NCBI GenBank assembly: GCA_001179505.1 | Contig: CDMY01000069.1 | Span: 124,001-188,000, forward strand | Direction: 5' to 3' | Origin: Vitrella brassicaformis CCMP3155 | Taxonomy: Eukaryota > Protista > Chromerida | Length of the DNA stretch: 64,000 bases | Part shown: positions 59,522 through 64,000 of the stretch, piece by piece | Position numbering within the stretch: position 1 is the stretch's first letter | How the letters are laid out: each line of letters opens with the position of its first letter | The notes under the pieces: model-generated | Told to the model about the DNA's origin: nothing | The model's database searches: none | The model's input: the letters and a program-made list of their open reading frames with translations, nothing else | Position numbers and translations under genes: made by a program

Positions 59522-60450
59522 TCATTCATCGCTAGTGCGCGAAGTCATGCATGAGCGCCAGTCACTTAATCGATCATCACTCACTGCCAATGCTGGCTGG
59601 TCTTTGGAGCAGTCAGTGCCGGCTGCGGTCCTTGCCAACGCCCTGCCACACCTGCTCACCGCTGCCCAAAGTACCTCCCACCTGCACACACAGGCGACAC
59701 ACGACACGCACACAGGGGGTGACCATGGCATGCATGAGACGTGTGCTGTAGGTCTTCACCTTCTATGGTGGCCTTGAGTGGGAGCTGGTGCAGTTGCAGG
59801 CCCGAGAGGTTGTCGAGCCAGTTACGGGCGTTCTCGAGCCGGCGGATGAAGTGACGACCGCAGCCTGGAACAACTGCATGCGACGCATGCCCCTGTATGC
59901 ACGCATGCACAATAACACGACAAACGCACCACCTAGGTGTCTGCGCGCGTGTGTACTGTGTGTCGGGTCTTGCTGACTTGAGATCTTCGACTGACGAGTG
60001 GGCTTCCCCGAGGACGAGTGTTGCGCCATGGTGGGTGGTGTGGACGGTCACCATGTAGAAGCCGCCAGGAACTCAAAACGACACATCATACGTCAGATGC
60101 TCCTCCTCTCGTAACTGAATACACACACACACGCACGCACATATCCATGGCAACAGCAATCAACATTGTCATGTGTATTCCGCCAGTTCTCACTCGTGAT
60201 GGACGACGATGTGCTGGAGCATCGACAGTGTCACCCTCGCAAAGGCCGCTGGGACGCTGGATCGGACGAAGGGCTTCTGGCGGGTGTGTTTGTGGTGTGG
60301 CTTATTGACCACAACCCCCCAACACAAACACGCCCCACATGCGCGCCCCTCCATCTGTCCCTTCTCCAATCCCACCCCACCCCCACCTCAATGGCGTATC
60401 TCCTCGGGCGTGCTGCACGAGGTAGCTTGACAGCCGACTCGAGAACCGTC
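59522..60450 (-). CDS. Possible small multi-exon hypothetical gene or gene fragment
   Basis: Coding-like pieces (ATLVLGEAHSSVEDLK; RHFIRRLENARNWLDNLSGLQLHQLPLK) separated by intron-like microsatellite tracts. No recognisable domain. Confidence 0.3.
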
Positions 60451-60459
60451 ACACCGTGT

Positions 60460-60614
60460 GCGCGTGTGCGTGGCCTGTTGAAAGTGTTGAAGTGGAGCAC
60501 TTTGCGGCCAAACAAGCGTCAGCATTCCCCCCGCTGAACGACAACCTGACGAAACAACACATAACACATACACACACATAACATACAGACACGCGTGACA
60601 GACGGTCCATCGTC
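60460..60614. repeat. ~150-bp dispersed repeat, copy 2, about 25 bp downstream of tRNA-Arg
   Basis: Near-identical to 53377-53528 in direct orientation. Confidence 0.9.
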
Positions 60615-60638
60615 GAGATCCCCAACTGAGGGCAAAAG

Positions 60639-60712
60639 AAGGCGAAGCAGGATTCGAACCCACGACCACCCACTCCGTAGGCGGGCATTCTATCCAACTG
60701 AACTATTCGCCC
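60639..60712 (-). tRNA. trnR-ACG: tRNA-Arg(ACG), intronless
   Basis: GGGCGAA TA GTTC AGTTGGATA GAAT G CCCGC CTACGGA GTGGG TGGTC GTGGG TTCGAAT CCTGC TTCGCCT folds as a full cloverleaf. A20 arginine identity base is present. Followed by TCTTTT, a Pol III terminator-like tract. Confidence 0.9.
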
Positions 60713-60877
60713 TGGTGCAAGTCTCAGTCGCACCCTAGTACTATCACGGCAGATGTCAACACTCCCGCCAGACGATCATTGGTGAGACACGATCACCGAT
60801 CTACGACGCTTTGAAAAGGCCTCTCTCCCCGTCTTAAAGGCACTTCAACCTTCTCCGCCCCTCCCTCAGTCTGCGAA

Positions 60878-61789
60878 ATGAAGTCGTTTCTCTGTGCACT
60901 CGTGGTGGTCAGTGCCCTCGTGGCGGTCTCAGCCTTCCATGTGCCGGTGTCGCCCGTGGCGTTCAGGGGAGGCCGCCGGGCTGCGCGGCCGACCGTCAGG
61001 ATGGCCACCATCGGGCAGGAGATCGCTCAGAACCCGGTGAGTGAGCGAGGGGATGAGTCAGACGATAGATCTCCGTGCAGACGAGGCGCAAGAGAGGCTG
61101 GGAATGACAGATCTGCAGTCACACACTGCCCGCTGCCGTGTTTGTGTTTCCGTGGTTCTCTCTGACTGTGTCTGTCAGGAGTTGTCGAAACTGTTGGAGA
61201 TGATCCGGCTTGCGGGCATCAACCTGAGCAGCGGCGGCCCCTACACGTTCTTCGCGCCCGTCAACAGCGCCTGGGAGAAGATGCCGCCCCGGTCCCGCAA
61301 CCGGATTGCCAAGGACGAGCACCGAGATGTCCTCAAGGACACTCTGCTCTACCACGTCCTCACGGCCAAAAAGACCTCGAGTACAAAACGCCAGACAGAC
61401 AGACAGACAGACGGCGACCGAGCGAGCGGGCGACGTAGATAGGCAGATGTGCTGTGCCGTGCATATGCCTGCCTGTCTGCCCGTCTTTCTGTCTGCAGGC
61501 GACATCGCCGGTAGTGAGAACGTCCAGACGGTGTATCAGCGTGAGAACGACTTTTCGTCGTGGCCGTCAGCCAACGTGCCCGTCATGGTTCGCAAGATGG
61601 GGAGCGGCACAATGATGGCCAACTCCGCCAAAGTCATCAAGCCCGACATCATCTGTGACGACGGTACGCACCGCACACACACGCCAAGAACACCAATTGA
61701 GGGAGAGGTGTCTGCCTGCAGGTGTGATCCACTTGGTGGACAAGGTCTTTTTCCCCTATGTGCACGACCAGGCGGGATGGGGCAAGTAG
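60878..61789 (+). CDS. Fasciclin (FAS1) domain protein with a bipartite signal and transit peptide, 4 exons
   Basis: MKSFLCALVVVSALVAVSA-FHVPVSPVAFRGGRRAARPTVRMA leader. FAS1 motifs GPYTFFAPVNSAW, LLYHV and DDGVIHLVDKVFFP. TAG at 61787-61789. Confidence 0.9.
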
Positions 61790-62966
61790 ACACACCCAAC
61801 CCACATGATACAGTGATGTGATGTGGCGTGATACGGGGGGGTCGAAGCCGATTGACTGACTGCATGGCTGCCTGCCTGACTGGGTCTGTCTGAACGGGTG
61901 GTGGGTGGGTGGGTGGGTGGCTGGTTGGCTGATTGCTCCTCTTCTTACCCCCTCCCCCCCTCCCCTCCCGGTTTCCTTGTCTACTTACTGTTTTTCCCGT
62001 CCGTCTGTCCGTCTCAAGATACATAGGTCGATGCAATGGCCATGTACTCAGCTGATGGCTGCAGAAGTATATGTGCCGCTTCCTTCTATGTGCCTTGCTT
62101 CTCCCTTCCTGCTGGTAGCTCACTCCCCGTCACATCTGTTGGTGTGATGGCGAGCCAGCTGCCGGTGGCGGTGAGAGAGCATGTCACTCAGAGCACAGAG
62201 AAGGACAGATGTGCACAACACGTCTAGCGAGGCAAGGAGGCAGGGTACCATCCGTCCGTTTGTCCCGCCTGCACTGCCCGGCTGTGGATCCAGGCTTTAA
62301 TGCATGGGATTACATTATAGCTATGTAGGCGTACGAAACGCTGGCTGGCCGACTGACGGGTTTGGGGAAGTGAGTGATTTTTGGGCTGCGATTGATGCGA
62401 GAGCTCAAAGCCAAGGATGCGTGCGTCTTGGTCCATGCGAACAGTTTTCGACTTGCGATACTGACCGATCTGTGCTGCATGCATCCATCACGCGCACTCA
62501 ACACGGTGACGCACGAACCAGCAGCAAGGACACGCAGTGGAGAGCAGGGATACGCTTGAGGTGAGGCCAACTCAAATGGAAAGGCCAACACACGAATGTT
62601 TCGACAGGTTCACTCATTTACCACGAGTCAAGCAACGTCAAGCGCGATAAAGGAAGATACACATACATAACATACCCACCTGTGCCCGCGAGCACACAAC
62701 ATGCGCCGATCGATGTCTGTCTACTGTCCTTGCTGCACGAGCGAGCCCCTAGCTACACACTGACAAGCTATGCTATGCTATTGCTGCTGCACGTGGTGTC
62801 TGTCTGTCTGTCTACTTTTCTTTCAAATCTAAATGTACGCTTGTGTTTGCTACAGCCTCATACGATACATAGATGTGTGGACACACGGACAGGAACCAGT
62901 GAATGTGATGCACAAGCACAGAGACATGACCATGACCCACATCACCGTTTCCTACCCTTGACGTCT

Positions 62967-64000
62967 TCATACATCCATCGCCTCTTCACGTGTGATCTTG
63001 TGTACCTCCTCGGCGTGCGGTTCCGCGCTGTGGACCTCAAGAGCCGATGTCACCATGCTGGACTCGTTCCCCTCTGGCTGGCCGTCCGCAATGTCCTCAA
63101 TGTCGTCAAGGTCCAGCACCTCCCGCAAGTGCATCTCTTCTCGCTGATCAGAAGACACGTCTCCATCGCTCACGTGGTGTTCCTCCAACACCGCCCCTTC
63201 CTCCTTTCTCTGGGCCCCCTTCTTGCCGCCATCGTCCTTCTTCTTCGGGGGGAGCTTCAGGAACACACTCAGCCTGCCAATAGACGACCGGTTTCCAGAG
63301 GAAAGTATCGAGGCCCTTTCTTTGTCGTGGGGCGACTGCAGGTCGGGTGTAGCTGTTGGCTGCAGAGACGGGGAAAGGGCACCCTGGGGCTTGCTGCCCT
63401 TGTTCTCGCCTTCGTCGTGCTGTCGCCTGTCGTTGCGTTCATCTCCTTGGTCGCCGTCTTCCTCTCCTTCAGCGTCCGGGTTGCTCATGAAGTCCAGATC
63501 GTCGTCCAGAGTCAGCTGGAACTCCTTCTTGGCGTCCTCCAGGTCGTCTCTCTTGCTGGAATCCAGCGATCCAGTGCCCCACCGCGTGATAAGCCTGCCA
63601 ATTCTCTTGGATGTGGCCGCACTTGGACTTATCGGGTTTGATGGCGTATGGTTGTCATGGCGGGGCGACGTCGGGGCTCCTTGCTGTGCGCCACCCGGGA
63701 TTTTACCCATCACTTCCACTGACGGAATCACACCACACAGCAATTCTCTGGGCAGCCAGTAAGTAGAGAACAGTCTCTCTCTCTCTTTCCCCATCTACAC
63801 ACGCTCAAAGATGCCCAGGAAGCGCTGGATGGCCTGACGGTCAAAGCTACATGAACAAGCACACAAGAGCGTGAGACATGGGAGCAAGGAACGAGTTTCC
63901 GGAAGCCAGCTTTGCCAACTTACGGTGGTAGCCTGGTGATCTTCCTGACGAGCGACGCCCTGTGCAGGTCGTTGACAAACGCCCCTGCTTCCCTGAGGCG
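62967..64000 (-). CDS. 3' portion of a hypothetical protein; gene begins beyond the window
   Basis: Long acidic, low-complexity terminal exon ending TREEAMDV* at 62967. Upstream exons such as RLREAGAFVNDLHRASLVRKITRLPP with a GTAAG donor near 63920. Confidence 0.55.

Noticed and set aside
1-64000. CRISPR arrays, rRNA genes or autonomous transposon ORFs (RT, integrase, transposase)
   Set aside because: None detected. The short repeats present are microsatellites or two-copy duplications.

Overview
Intron-rich eukaryotic genomic DNA with GC-rich exons and short introns full of (CA)n/(GACA)n/(GGAT)n. The gene style and a bipartite plastid-targeting leader suggest a chromerid alga such as Vitrella brassicaformis (inference, not checked). 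Conserved genes: the end of an EF-hand protein, a coiled-coil zinc-finger protein, a TBC1D23-like TBC-rhodanese gene, a 22-kb TRRAP/Tra1 gene, PSTK, a Ser/Thr kinase, tRNA-Arg(ACG) and a FAS1 protein. Accessory material: a frameshifted CAND1-AAA ATPase chimera, a frameshifted atypical kinase, a head-to-head pair of F-box/LRR-like paralogs, and a lower-GC ankyrin plus claudin-like 4TM gene bracketed by a ~290-bp direct repeat. Most notable: (1) an inverted telomere-repeat junction, (TTTAGGG)n then (CCCTAAA)n, inside a TRRAP intron; (2) the same 38-bp hairpin motif just downstream of both broken gene-fragment units, hinting at a gene-capturing element; (3) the ankyrin-claudin island; (4) at least five GC-AG introns; (5) a ~150-bp repeat next to the tRNA. 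Exon chains were assembled by eye and many boundaries are approximate. There are two 300-N assembly gaps.
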